Assembly (NCBI GenBank): GCA_032718475.1
Contig: JAUCBJ010006567.1
Span: 1 to 64,000 of the forward strand
Length of the DNA stretch: 64,000 nucleotides
From: Nemertoderma westbladi
Taxonomy: Eukaryota > Animalia > Xenacoelomorpha
Reading direction: 5' to 3'
The position numbers and the translations under genes are program-made. The notes beneath the pieces were generated by a model, which worked only from the letters and a program-made list of their open reading frames with translations, did not search any database and had not been told where the DNA came from. Shown here piece after piece: positions 1-12,827 of the stretch. How positions within the stretch are numbered: position 1 is the first letter of the stretch; each line of letters opens with the position of its first letter.

Positions 1-1444
1 TTGTCACTGTGACCATAGTAATCAAACGAGTTTTTATACTGTAATATAAGCCTACATTTACGAATTATTTGGTCAGTCAGAATTATTTATTTAGATTTTA
101 ACCCCCCAGAACTACGTTTAATACCCGTCTGTCTGGTCTGTCTGTGTCCGTCATAAGTCGGTCATTGGTCCATCGAAAATCCGTTGGTAGTCCGTCGGGT
201 CTATCCCTTGCCTTGCCTAGTGTCACCGTACCCCGAATCCTTTTCAGGCTCGTGATACACTGACCAGCTCCGCTCGCCTGTCCATTGGTGTCTGTCGGTC
301 TGCGAGAGAATGCAGCAGTGATGCTGCATATATATCACTCCGTCTAGTCGGTAAAGCTTCGACCCTTCAGCGTACCGCTCGCCCCTTGCCATCCCTTTTG
401 GTGTTGGTCCTAAGGCAACTCAAACGGCTTATCTCGGGGTCGGCAAGGACTATTGATTTATTTGTTATTAGCAATCTAAAATTTACGACGATGACAGACA
501 ACTCCTTAATGGTAGCCCTACTATATGCTAAGGCTTCGCACAATTCGTGGCTCGCCCCACAATACCAACACTATTTGGACGGAAAAGTGACGAACTGGAC
601 CAATCTTTACCGCGAAATGAAGAAAGATTATAAAAAATTATACAGTGAAATTTAAAATAAAAGTGACGATTTGAAAAGTGACGATTTTATTATCTTATAC
701 AACATGTAACCTACATGTACACACATGGTTAAGGTTAGAACTCAATAGAAGCACAAAAAAATTATTAATAATAATAATAATAATTAATAATAATAATTGT
801 GTAACAAAACATTTTATACTTGGGTTGCTTGGCGCGGCAGTACTGTGGTGTGGGTTGCCATATGTTCTAGAATAACGAAAAAAAATGAAGAGAGCTGCTG
901 AGCTGAAGGTTTAAGAAGACGGTTGAACCGAGCCCGAACATCACGTCAGGCAAACGAGACTTACCGCTGCGCCGGTACTTCACTTTCCGTTCACTAGTAC
1001 CCAAGGTATTGTCCGTGGTAATTTCCTGCACATTTAAGGCCCGGGTTCTTACCTTGAATCAATCCTCGCGCCCACGCGCTCAGGCCCTTCGCGATTTCAG
1101 GTACGGCCCGCCCCCCCTACTCCACTCTGCTCGCTTCCTCTCCAGTCCGATTTTCGCGTTTTTAGAATATTCGGTGACGGTTCTATTTAAACACTATTAT
1201 GTGAACACTGTAGATATTTCTCTATTACATTTTAATATTTTACATTTATTTATCAACTAAATTAAATTCACCTTGCTAAATTAAGTCGTAAACATAAAAT
1301 TGCTATTTTCACTTAATTAACAGCTTTAATTTCTTTGCATTTCAGTTATTATTTTTTGCAGATTATAATATGAGAAATGTCTGAAATGCAGGTTAAAGTA
1401 ACCAATAATAACTGACGACGTAGGCCTCATTGAGATATGACAAC

Positions 1445-1820
1445 AATCTATCAATATCAATATATCTTATTCCAACCTCTGTGCTATCAGATGCAGAGAG
1501 ACAACAATTCATTGATTCTCTCCCACTGGACCCCACTGAAAACCAAAGAATTGAAGTATTAGAAAAACTGAAAAATATTTACAGCAAAGTATTTGATAGC
1601 AGGAAGGGGCTGAAACCTATGTCCGGTCCCATAATTGGTGAGCCAATGAAAATCGAGCTCATAGACGGTGCCGACCCATATGCCATTCATTGTGCACGGT
1701 CCATCCTATTTGCATTACGAGCCTCAGTGAAGGCTGAATTAGACAAATTTGTAGACAAAAAGGGGTTTTAGCCACAGTCAGTGACCGCCATACAGAATGG
1801 TGTCACCCATTAGTTGTAAA
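1445..1820 (+). mobile_element. Ty3/Gypsy LTR-retrotransposon pol fragment (protease-RT linker and start of RT), disrupted; partial second copy at ~3274-3485
   Basis: Translation PMKIELIDGADPYAIHCARSILFALRASVKAELDKF, then after a frameshift TEWCHPLVV. This matches the Gypsy pre-RT pattern 'R.IP.A....VK.ELD.M...GII.PV...T.W..P.VV'. Confidence 0.7.
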
Positions 1821-2919
1821 ATAAGTAGTAGTAAAATAAATTATTAAGCATTCAGTGTTATGACTAAAAGTATATTTACATCGAATTGACCCATAATTAG
1901 GGACATCTGTATAAAATAATAGGCCCCTAAGTAAGTTTGAAACGGAGTTACAGTAGATAATATTTACTTCTACAGTACCGGTATGTTTGGTATGGGTGGG
2001 CCTAATAAAATTATTATTTTTATCTTCAAACTGAAAACTATCCGAATTGAATGGGATAATCTTTAAATCTTTTTGTTAAAATTAGCAATCTAAAATTTAA
2101 GACGATGACAGACAACTCCTTAATGGTAGCCCTACTATATGCTAAGGCTTCGCACAAATCGTGGCTCGCCCCACAATACCAACACTATTTGGACGGAAAA
2201 GTGATGGTCTGGACCAATCTTTACCGCGGAATGAAGAAAGATTATAAAAAATTATACAGTGAAATTTAAAATATTAAATTTGGTCAATATCTCGTACTCG
2301 TGATGTTTTTGATTAAGCTAAGAAACATATAAATTTCAGCTAAGATATGGCCTACAGGTACATTTAAGCTAAGATACAGATACATTTTAAGCTAAGATAG
2401 AGATATATTTATGCTAAGATAGAGATATATTTATGCTAAGATAGAGATACATTTTAAATTAATTAACTAACATTTTAGATGAAATAAAGAAACAACAATT
2501 TGAAAATTTTACCTGAGGGGGGGTATACCCCCCCCCCCCCCCTTAATAATATGTACTAATAATTCACCGGTAAATAATATATTTAATTATGGAAAACCAA
2601 ACAGGATGCTAATCGGTTTTTCTGCCAAAGGGCCCCATTACAATATAATTAATAATAATAATAATAATAATTTGCGCTCAGTAGTAACAAAACATTTTAT
2701 ACTCGGGTTGCTTGGCGCGGCAGTACTGTGGTGTGGGTTGCCATATGTTCTAGAATAACGAAAAAAAATGAAGAGAGCTGCTGAGCTGAAGGTTTAAGAA
2801 GACGGTTGAACCGAGCCCGAATATCACGTCAGGCAAACGAGACTTACTTAATATAGGATTATATACGGAGGTATAAGATTGATAAATATGGTAACCCCAA
2901 TAGTTATCTAGTAACCCCT

Positions 2920-3100
2920 TTACCATGGTGACTAGTGAATGAGTCACACCATTGATCTCCAGATAGGGGTCCCCTGTTCGATTCGGGGTCAGGTTAGTTA
3001 CAATTTCGTAACTACTGTAGAATCTCGAATCAGCGATAAGGAAACCTGGGATCCTTGGGAACTGAAGAATGGGGTTGGATGGTGAGAGTATTCAACATTG
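2920..3100 (+). mobile_element. tRNA-derived SINE; related copies at ~4330-4480 (minus strand) and ~4755-4883 (plus strand)
   Basis: B-box-like GTTCGATTC or GTTCGAACCC is followed in each copy by a shared body gtta(c/a)aatttcgtaact...cagcgata..g(g/a)aacctgg. The two longer copies continue to ggttgg..agtattca. Confidence 0.65.
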
Positions 3101-5139
3101 GGAGTGAATGTGGCGACCTATCTAACTGACAGGTATCTGCCAAGAGATAGAAGTCTCCAATCCTTTATTTTTACCTGAGGGGGGGTATACCCCCCCCCCC
3201 CCCCCCCTTAATAATATGTACTAATAATTCACCGGTAAATAATATATTTAATTATGGAAAACCAAACATGATGCTGAAACCTATGTCCGGTCCCATAATT
3301 GGTGAGCCAATGAAAATCGAGCTCATAGACGGTGCCGACCCATATGCCATTCATTGTGCACGGTCCATCCTATTTGCATTACGAGCCTCAGTGAAGGCTG
3401 AATTAGACAAATTTGTAGACAAAAAGGGGTTTTAGCCACAGTCAGTGACCGCCATACAGAATGGTGTCACCCATTAGTTGTAAAATAAGTAGTAGTAAAA
3501 TAAATTATTAAGCATTCAGTGTTATGACTAAAAGTATATTTACATCGAATTGACCCATAATTAGGGACATCTGTATAAAATAATAGGCCCCTAAGTAAGT
3601 TTGAAACGGAGTTACAGTAGATAATATTTACTTCTACAGTACCGGTATGTTTGGTATGGGTGGGCCTAATAAAATTATTATTTTTATCTTCAAACTGAAA
3701 ACTATCCGAATTGAATGGGATAATCTTTAAATCTTTTTGTTAAAATTAGCAATCTAAAATTTACGACGATGACAGACAACTCCTTAATGGTAGCCCTACT
3801 ATATGCTAAGGCTTCGCACAAATCGTGGCTCGCCCCACAATACCAACACTATTTGGACGGAAAAGTGATGGTCTGGACCAATCTTTACCGCGGAATGAAG
3901 AAAGATTATAAAAAATTATACAGTGAAATTTAAAATATTAAATTTGGTCAATATCTCGTACTCGTGATGTTTTTGATTAAGCTAAGAAACATATAAATTT
4001 CAGCTAAGATATGGCCTACAGGTACATTTAAGCTAAGATACAGATACATTTTAAGCTAAGATAGAGATATATTTATGCTAAGATAGAGATATATTTATGC
4101 TAAGATAGAGATACATTTTAAATTAATTAACTAACATTTTAGATGAAATAAAGAAACAACAATTTGAAAATTTTACCTGAGGGGGGGTATACCCCCCCCC
4201 CCCCCCCCTTAATAATATGTACTAATAATTCACCGGTAAATAATATATTTAATTATGGAAAACCAAACAGGATGCTAATCGGTTTTTCTGCCAAAGGGCC
4301 CCATTACAATATAATTAATAATAATAATGAATACTCATCACTAGCCAACCTCTTTCTTTACTCCCCCCAGATTCCAGGTTCCCATATCGCTGTCCTGACG
4401 TACCAGTTACGAAATTTTAACTGATTCAGCCCGGGTTCGAACTCGGGATCTCTGATGTAGAGGCGAATAGAGTAACTCCTCCTCAAGATAAACAGATTGC
4501 GGATGTAGAGTTAAATGGAGCGATAATGTTGTGTGTGTGTGATTATCTGGCGGCGATATGCTGCCTACGGCAAGTATTGAATGAATACATTACGGTTGGG
4601 GTTATTTAATACCTGGCGGCAACATACTCCACGGCAAGTCTAATTATTGTAACATTATATATAGAGTATGTAGTCGGGGTAATATAGGATTATATACGGA
4701 GGTATAAGATTGATAAATATGGTAATCCCAATATTTATCTAGTAACCCCTTTACCATGGTGACTAGTGAATGAGTCACACCATTGATCTCCAGCTAGGGG
4801 TCCCCTGTTCGATTCGGGGTCAGGTTAGTTACAATTTCGTAACTAGAATGTCGAATCAGCGATAAGGGAACCTGGGATCCTTGAGAACATTTTGTTTCAG
4901 AAGATAACCATGTAATAATGTAGAACACTATTTTCACGACATTATTATTATATTATTAGTCTTATTATTTATTATATTGTCATTATAACTTTAATTTAAA
5001 ATTGAACATGATCTTAACTCCTTCCGTAAAAAAGACGTTAAACAATCAAGAATCAACTCTATACATTATTTTCACTCCTTTTACATTATTTTAATTTTAA
5101 TATTATGTCATTTGTAATTACAATATTTAACTTAATAAC

Positions 5140-5285
5140 TATTTACATACTTGTGTGTAAAGTAGCACTTTACAGTGTGATGATCCGAGTGGCTTTGTTA
5201 CACGAACGAACGTTAGTGAGTGAGTGAAAATAAAGCCACGAGGATCAGAACACTGTAAAGTACTTTGCAACAAGTATGTATGTAG
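5140..5285. mobile_element. Palindromic non-autonomous element (Crypton-like MITE)
   Basis: Arms tacatacttg...actttacagtgt / acactgtaaagt...caagtatgta surround an asymmetric centre gaacgaacgttagtgagtgagt. Confidence 0.5.
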
Positions 5286-6914
5286 TTTTATTCCAAAATT
5301 TTAACATTACGAAATGATTGTATATATAATTATAAGTGATAGAAACTGCACAAATTATATTAGTTGCTGTATAAATAAATGTAAAAATGACATAAATTAT
5401 GTTATAAATAAGTTAGCTTATATTTATGGTGGCGTTTGGAGCCATGTTATATTAATATAGCTAGGCCCTACTGGTTATTAATAGCTATACCCCGCCTACC
5501 GGTAGGTAATGCAGTAGGCCTATCTGGCTGTCAGGCAAATTTCCACCTATTGTTTACGTGGTATCCAATGACGGCGTTAAGTAATGTCCCCTTAGTGGAC
5601 CCTTTACTTGGGTTACCACTGATAACACCAATTACAATACTAAATGTACAGGCCAATACAATGCTGTAATGTCCTCTAAGGTTGTAAAGTGATAACTAAC
5701 AACTCGCTGTTAATACTAACGGCGTTGAGTAATGTTACAATTTTGGAATAACAAGTATTTAACTTTTATTTAACTTATACCAAGGCCATCCCAATATTAC
5801 GATGGGATACAATAATTATTTGTTCTAGAACCTAATTTTATAAAGACCTTATCATGTTTTGGAACATTTTTAAAATGAAATCTTAACAAATAGCTAGTTT
5901 TAAAAATAAGGAGTGTTGTGTAGCCAATGATTAGAGGAGACTAAGATTATATAGCTATTTTTTGCCGCAGCGCAAACTCGATAGGATTTAATTGAAGATA
6001 GCTTAAAGGAGGTCAGGCTTGTTTCAAGCTGGATTCGTGTCTTATATAACTGGTTATTAACCAATTAATCGGGTTTTTCCGATATTATTACTTATTAAAA
6101 ATAACTAGATTAACATTGAGTTCTATTGCTGAGATATTCTTTCCCGGGGAATAATAACTGCTGAGTAACCATTCTGTATCACTGTCAGATCAGTACATGC
6201 AGTAAGCTTACTAGCGGTACTAATTTGTTTAGTTTAATGATAGTAAAATAGACATTCTAGAATATATATTGTTACAATTGCAGTTAAGTATTTAAAAACG
6301 TAAATGATGCTAAAAAATATACCATCACCTGAATCTCCTTTGGAATATTATTTGTTTGGTTCCAGTAAATTTTGGGGCCCTTAAGTTCAGTAGTGCCGAT
6401 ATTTTTTATGTTAGCTAGTCGTTTTTTTTACTAGCTAGTACATCTTGAAAAAAAAAGAATATTGTTTTTTTAGTGTTTTTTAATATTGGTGAATGTTCTA
6501 GAACCTTAGCAGATATTTTCAATGGTAGCTAGTAGTTTACTAGCTAGTATTTTTTGAAAATAAAAAAATGTAACCTATTACAATAAATATCATTAATATT
6601 TTTGGTCATATCTTTTGGTCAGCACCAACTGTTTAAACCTGAAATACCAATGTTATCACATATTTTTTATAATTTAAAAATACTAGCTAGTAAAAAAACA
6701 TTACAGAGCTACAGTACCATAAAAAACATATATACTAATGTTTTAGAAACCAATAACAAAAAACAAAAAAAATACAGTATTTTTTAAAGTTCAAATATGG
6801 TCACACAGGCTATACAGTACTAGTGCCTACCGTAGATATAGTTTAACTTAGTTAAACTCTATAAAATATATATACTACAGTATATAATCTAAGTTGAACT
6901 TAAACTTTCGTGGG

Positions 6915-7190
6915 GTCTTCGCGCAGAACGACGTGAGCAAAGCCTTAGCATATAGGGGACCCAATAACGAGTTGTCTGTCGGTAATTTGCCTCGTTGCGT
7001 TCGTTCATTTTCTACCAAAATTCAGATTCTTTCTAAGCTTTTACCGGACTATATACGTACCAAGTTTCGTTTAATTTAATCAAGGAATGACCGAGTTATT
7101 AGCGATAAAAAATTTACGACGACGACAGGCAACTCGTTAATGACACCCATATGCTAAGGCTTCGCTCACTTCGTGGCTCGCCCTGCAAGC
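6915..7190. mobile_element. Palindromic MITE; its right arm also occurs at ~480-560, ~2095-2175 and ~3757-3835
   Basis: gtgagcaaagccttagcatat...taacgagttgtctgtc is inverted against gacaggcaactcgtta...atatgctaaggcttcgctcac. Confidence 0.55.
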
Positions 7191-7685
7191 GAATTCTTTA
7201 TTAACAAGATGGTGGCGGTGGCGGGATGGACTGGGTGGGGGTGGATATGGTGGCGGGATGTATAGATGTATTAGAGATTCAATTGGATAGGGATCAGTTG
7301 ACACTGATGGATGAAGCTGATAATGAGATTCTACAAGTGATGCCTTAGATGTGGACGATTTTAAAATTTTAAAGGAGAAGGGGCTAATTCGATGTGTACA
7401 CCACTTATGTTATCAATACTCTTTATTGCTTATTATGCATAGTACTTTAGTTGTCGAACTGGACAGGAAAAGCGGGACATGAATGTCGGTGATATTCATC
7501 ACCAATTCAGTTATTTCTTCCCAGGGAATAATAACCGCCTTGAAATAAAATATAATACACATAAAGAATTACAAAAATGAAAATATATTATATTTGTACC
7601 CCCAAAATATCCAAGCCCCATTTTAATACTTCTGCCCCCAAACTAAAGCCCTTTTAGAAATGTGGGAAACCTGGTAAAATTGGTT

Positions 7686-7840
7686 AATAACTCACTTATT
7701 ACCAGGTTATTTAGTTATTTTCATCATTATTTACCCTCGGGCCAGTTATAGACCCTCGGCTTCGCCTCGGGTCTATAACATGTCCCTCGGGTAAATAACT
7801 CGTAAAATAACTAAATAACCTGGTAATAAATTATGTTATT
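7686..7840. mobile_element. ~150-bp palindromic element (Crypton-like), ~210 bp upstream of MVD
   Basis: Arms ttattaccaggttatttagttatttt / aaaataactaaataacctggtaataa flank the centre ctcggcttcgcctcg. Confidence 0.6.
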
Positions 7841-8051
7841 ACGCCTACTATTTGGCGGGAGTTTTAAATTAATATCTCGTGTTTTAAAATATAACTATTA
7901 TGATATTAATAAGTTTTGTAGTTATATTACATTGTTCGTAAACATCGAAAATAAATGTAGAAAAATAGGCTGAAACCAGAAAGGTCCTGCCATAACAAAT
8001 CATAACCAATGTTAATTATTATTTATAGTTAGTGCTTTAGATCGATGAAAG

Positions 8052-9341
8052 ATGAAGCGGGTTACGGTCCAAGCGCCGACGAATATCGCCGTAGTAAAAT
8101 ACTGGGGCAAACAGAACAAGGAGTTCATGCTGCCGCTCAACTCATCCTTGAGCGCCACTTTGAACCTCGACCATTTCAGCACTACGACGACAATCACGGC
8201 CGATCCGGGATTCCCCAAGGACGAGATCTATCTGAACGGAGTGAAGGAAGACATCGATAACCGGAGGGTGCAGCGAGTGCTGGCGGAGGTGAGAGCGTTG
8301 GCGGGCTATGTTGAGGATAAGCCAGACGCCATAGAAACCAAACAGGATATCGATGAGGAAGAAAATATCTATGAGCCGTTGGCTGCGCGAAAAATTGATG
8401 TATCAGAAGGAAGCGAACCGGAAGGCGGAACAGCTAAAACGAAAATAATATTCGAAGATTCGGAGGGTAAACTGGAGATACCGGCTCCTCCCCAATGGAG
8501 GGTGAAGATCGACACTTCCAATAACTTCCCGACCGCCGCCGGTCTGGCCAGCAGCGCTTCGGGGTTCGCGTGTCTCACCTACGGGTTGGCCACGTTGTTC
8601 GGGACGACGAGACACCCGGACCAGCTGTCCCGGATCGGTCGTCTGGGTTCGGGATCCGCCGTGCGCAGCTTCCACGGGGGCTGGGTCGCCTGGAGGACGG
8701 GGGACGCGGCCGGCTCCATCGGGCAGCAGATCGCACCGCGGGGACACTGGCCGGAGCTCCGCGTTCTCGTCTGCATCGTGAACCCCGGACCCAAAGGTAC
8801 CGCCAGCAGCGTGGCGATGGCTCGCTCAGCTAGGAGCTCCCAGTTGCTCACCTACAGAGTGGAACACTTAGTACCGAAGACTATGGCGAATATGGAAAAG
8901 GCGATACTCAACAAAGACTTTCAAGAGTTCGCAAAGCTGACGATGAGGGAGAGTAACCAATTGCACGCGATATGCTTGGATACGAATCCCCCTGTCTTCT
9001 ACCTAAACGATGACTCTAAGGCTATCATGCAGCTTGTACATTCCCTCAACGACTTTCACCAGAGGAATATAGCGGCATACACCTTCGACGCCGGTGCTAA
9101 TGCTGTTATATTTACCATGGAAACCAACGTGGATCTGGTAATAGCGGCAATAAAGTATTACTTCCGTAGCAAGGCGCCAACGGACAGGAACAAGGAATTC
9201 GTAATGTGCTTAAGTCACTATCACACTGAGCTGAGCGAAGAGTTTATTAAGTCGAGTAAGGTACAGGTTCGTCAAGGGGCAGTTCAATGTATCATTAATA
9301 CAACAATTGGTGGCGGTCCCCGGGTAACTCAATTGAAATAA
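8052..9341 (+). CDS. MVD: Diphosphomevalonate decarboxylase (GHMP family), single-exon CDS, 429 aa
   Basis: Motifs NIAVVKYWGK, NNFPTAAGLASSASG, RLGSGSAVRS, ESNQLHAICLDT and YTFDAG are all present. The ORF is GC-rich in AT-rich flanks; AATAAA occurs at the stop and at ~9413. Confidence 0.97.
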   Translation: MKRVTVQAPTNIAVVKYWGKQNKEFMLPLNSSLSATLNLDHFSTTTTITADPGFPKDEIYLNGVKEDIDNRRVQRVLAEVRALAGYVEDKPDAIETKQDIDEEENIYEPLAARKIDVSEGSEPEGGTAKTKIIFEDSEGKLEIPAPPQWRVKIDTSNNFPTAAGLASSASGFACLTYGLATLFGTTRHPDQLSRIGRLGSGSAVRSFHGGWVAWRTGDAAGSIGQQIAPRGHWPELRVLVCIVNPGPKGTASSVAMARSARSSQLLTYRVEHLVPKTMANMEKAILNKDFQEFAKLTMRESNQLHAICLDTNPPVFYLNDDSKAIMQLVHSLNDFHQRNIAAYTFDAGANAVIFTMETNVDLVIAAIKYYFRSKAPTDRNKEFVMCLSHYHTELSEEFIKSSKVQVRQGAVQCIINTTIGGGPRVTQLK

Positions 9342-9889
9342 ATTATAGTAAATGTCGATTTCGATTTTAAATCGTAGCATATTAGACTGATTGTATTTAT
9401 TTTGGTGATATTAATAAATCTTCGAACTCATATAGATTAATTATTTACCGCATTGCGTGAAATCTCACTCGATTGCGCCTAGTAGCACATAATTTTATGC
9501 TAAAATTGCAAAATATCATTTGCCGTTTGCAGGGCAAGGGCGACATGCTTTCTTCACCTGGTCACCTTCAATACCGAAACTCAATCCAGTAAAGTACCAA
9601 TAAGTAGTACTAGTAGCTTAACCGTGGTGACATAAATAATACCTCGGGAAAGAAAGTGGAAAAAATCTGTTTAATTATCAATATGGAAAGAGGATATTGT
9701 GATCAGCGCTTTAGAACAGATACTTTTGGGTAAAGCCCGTTACAAGTGGATGATTTATTAATGTTATTATTATAATTATATTTACTAGTGCCGTTTCCCA
9801 AGTCTGTGTGTACCACTACACTACAGTACACCTTTGTGTACAGACTACAGATGCGCTATAGGCTACCTGTAACGGTTGTATACATCTAC

Positions 9890-9997
9890 TGGATTCTCAC
9901 TAAATGTAAAAAGAATTCTCACCCGCCGAATAAAGGACCCTCACCTGCCGTATAAAACATTCTCACCCGCCGTATAAAGCATTCTCACCAGCCGCAT
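9890..9997. repeat. Short tandem repeat, ~22-23 bp unit (attctcacccgccgtataaag), ~4-5 copies
   Basis: Repeated ctcacc(c/t/a)gccg(t/a/c)ataa. Confidence 0.7.
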
Positions 9998-11020
9998 AAT
10001 ATTATACAGTAATACATCATATAGAAATAGAACCATGAATAATTTTATTAGGTATTATTTTTTAGAGTATATAAACTGTGTAATTAAGAACAGCACGATG
10101 CTGACAGAGCACCCCGTGATTAACAACCTCCTCTTGCGATTCGTATTACTTACGTAGAAACTCAGATACTAAAACTAACTTATGAAAGGGTTTACGTTTA
10201 CTCAATGGATGTTTTGTTTACCTTCGAAGTAAACCTGGCGGTACAAATATCACTGTATATATTAATAGATATATATTCGTGTTATATTTGATATAAATTA
10301 TACAGACAGAATATTAATTAGCTCGATAAACAGAATAACTTTATTTTATGTTCCTCTAGACATAATGCCATGAGCGTGGGGCTATATTTATTAACAATTT
10401 ACTCACGTTCTCATTATCCTCTACAAACCATATACTAAGCGGGCGGGGTAATACAAAATACCTACGTGTTATGCATACCGTGTCGGTATGCATAACACGA
10501 TCATGGGTCGATTTGTCCCCATTATAACTGGGGTCACAATTGGTCCCATTACTGCTGCCTTCTGTATTGTAAAGTCAATGTAACTAGTTGAGTAGAGAAT
10601 TCCTGATGTTTCTCACTGCTCTGTAAATTTTATGCCATGCAATTGTTGTAGAATTTCTTGACCTGTGTCATTCTTCAGTATCAGTTCATTTATTCACAAC
10701 GGCTACAGAATTTAGATTACGGCTACTCACTAGCGCTAAGCATGTGATGAAAGATTCAGTCCGGAATTTCAATACTTACACTTGTAATTATGTGAAAACT
10801 ACATGTTTTTTAGAATCTTCGAAACATAGAATGTAATTAATTGTGACAAAGAAACATATTATAATTAATGTGTCTCGAAACGATATTAAATTGTATATTT
10901 ATCACATAAGAAACATAAATTCATTAAGATACGTATCTGCGTATATACTGAATGGGGACTATACAAAGAACCTTACTGCGTAACGTAGGTGTTTTGGGTT
11001 GTATAGAGTTGGCTGCGTAA

Positions 11021-11668
11021 CTAGAGTTCATCGTCGTCGTCTGGGAGGGCGGTCTGGGCTGCTTGCTGTAATTCTTTCTCGTATTTCGCCGCAAGTTCCT
11101 GGTCCATGTGAACCTCCGGGGGTTGTAAAGCCGGCATCTCGGTAAACTCGAGATTGGGATCGCCCACTAACTTCCTCGCCAACCAAAGGAACGGCTTCTC
11201 GAAGTTGTAGTTACTCTTGGCCGAGATATCGTAGTACTGGAGATTCTTCTTCCGATGGAAAGTGATGGTTTTCGCCTTGACTTTTCGATCCTTCACATCG
11301 ACTTTATTCCCGCACAGCACGATGGGGACGTTGTCGCAGACTCTCACGAGATCCCTATGCCAGTTGGGTACGTTCTTGTAGGTAATCCGTGACGTCACGT
11401 CGAACATAATTATGGCGCAGTCCCCCTGGATGTAGTAGCCGTCGCGTAGACCTCCGAACTTCTCCTGTCCCGCGGTGTCCCACACGTTGAACTGTAGGAG
11501 ACCCCGGTTCGTGTAGAACTTTAGCGGGTGGACCTCGACCCCCAGTGTGGCCACGTACTTCTTCTCGAACTCCCCGGTAAGATGTCGTTTTACGAAGGTC
11601 GTCTTACCGGTACCTCCGTCCCCGACTAGAACCAACTTAAATGTTGCTTGGGGTGTCGCTGCTGCCAT
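11021..11668 (-). CDS. RAN: Small GTPase Ran, single-exon CDS, 215 aa
   Basis: [62 protein letters not shown] and the acidic C-terminal PDDDDEL. Confidence 0.99.
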   Translation of the reverse strand: MAAATPQATFKLVLVGDGGTGKTTFVKRHLTGEFEKKYVATLGVEVHPLKFYTNRGLLQFNVWDTAGQEKFGGLRDGYYIQGDCAIIMFDVTSRITYKNVPNWHRDLVRVCDNVPIVLCGNKVDVKDRKVKAKTITFHRKKNLQYYDISAKSNYNFEKPFLWLARKLVGDPNLEFTEMPALQPPEVHMDQELAAKYEKELQQAAQTALPDDDDEL

Positions 11669-11754
11669 TTTTCGCTTCAGTGGTAACCGCAGTAATTATT
11701 TTATTTCATAAACGAAATGTAGCACAGATGTGACAGAGAGATCAGACCAGTCTG

Positions 11755-11780
11755 CAAGCACCGGAAGCGCGGAAGGCGGT
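11755..11780 (-). promoter_or_regulatory. Tandem ETS/GABP-like sites ~100 bp upstream of the RAN ATG
   Basis: ccggaagcgcggaagg contains two CGGAAG cores, a pattern typical of housekeeping promoters. Confidence 0.35.
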
Positions 11781-11940
11781 CGTAGAACATAGAAGTAAGT
11801 ACAGTGGGGTTGGCGTTGGGGTACGTACTAAAAACGGAAACACATGGCCTTGACCATGCCAGCATGCAGCCATGGTTTTCTGCCTCCTTCTTGATAAATC
11901 TAGGCAGCTAGGTGTTCCAGGATGTTTCTGGCCTCAAACC

Positions 11941-12615
11941 CAGGGCTGGCAAAGTAAGTTTTTGTAAACCTAGGTTTTTGTCGATTATTGTCAAAAACCT
12001 AAAATTTGAAAAAATCCGAAAAATAGGTTTTTCGGTTTTTGATCACAAAAAAGAGCCAAATTGCTTGTTTTTTTCTTAATTTGTGATGACAAAAATATTT
12101 TGGTTCCATTTGTCCATGCATGAAACCCACTGACTAAAGACTTTTGAGTTTCTGTCTTTAACTTTAAGCCAGTAAGCCAACAATAAAACTTCACTGCTGG
12201 CAGCTGGCCTGACTAATGTTTAAAACAAAAATCAAATCGATTATTTTAATCTATTGTACTGTTGTAGGCTTACAGACAGAACGGTATCTACTGGTCTTAC
12301 AATGCTGTATAAAATATAATATTGAACAAATGCGGCCCCCTAGGCTATATAACAGTACAGCAGTATAATTTATCTAACAGTCTAACTATACTGAATGAAC
12401 TGATGAACAAATCCAGCAATCTGCCAATCAAGCTCAGGCAGTCAGGTCAATCTAATCAATCAATCTGTTAATAGGCTGATAGGGCCTATACAAATACAGC
12501 CTGACAGAAATACTCAAAAACCTAGCAATAACATTCAAAAACCTGCAAAAACCTTCCAAAAACCCTGCAAAAACCTAATTTTTGTTTTGAAAAACTAAGG
12601 TTTTTGCCAGCCCTG
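11941..12615. mobile_element. Non-autonomous hAT transposon
   Basis: TIRs CAGGGCTGGCAAA / TTTGCCAGCCCTG; 8-bp TSD CTCAAACC (11933-11940 and 12616-12623); aaaacc subterminal repeats. Confidence 0.9.
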
Positions 12616-12827
12616 CTCAAACCTAGGTGCTTCTAGGATCTAGGCCAGCGCCAGCTCTAGACAGCTACCGGTAGATCTTTCCAGCGTAAATTCCGTTTTT
12701 TAGTACTTTAGTACCGGTACTGTCAGACTGTAGTACTGTACCGGTCAGCCGGTACGCACCGTACAGGGTACAGCACAGCACACCTGCACACAGCACGGCA
12801 AATCCTGTAGGCCTAATCACTTAAAAC

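Larger units (their letters stand above)
465..4885. repeat. Patchwork of near-identical local duplications
   Basis: 1610-2660 recurs at ~3274-4325; 465-655 at ~2082-2270 and ~3747-3933; ~800-963 at ~2684-2847; ~2850-3057 at ~4681-4883; ~2507-2610 at ~3168-3272. Confidence 0.9.

Noticed and set aside
8289-8410. Intron within MVD (gag|gtgaga donor-like site)
   Set aside because: No polypyrimidine tract or convincing acceptor, and the frame stays open throughout.
8012-8851. Overlapping and antisense ORFs in MVD (likewise in KAT5 22484-22894, ATMIN 54154-55121 and the Cys-rich exon 56786-57986)
   Set aside because: Shadow frames of GC-richer coding DNA with no recognisable motifs.
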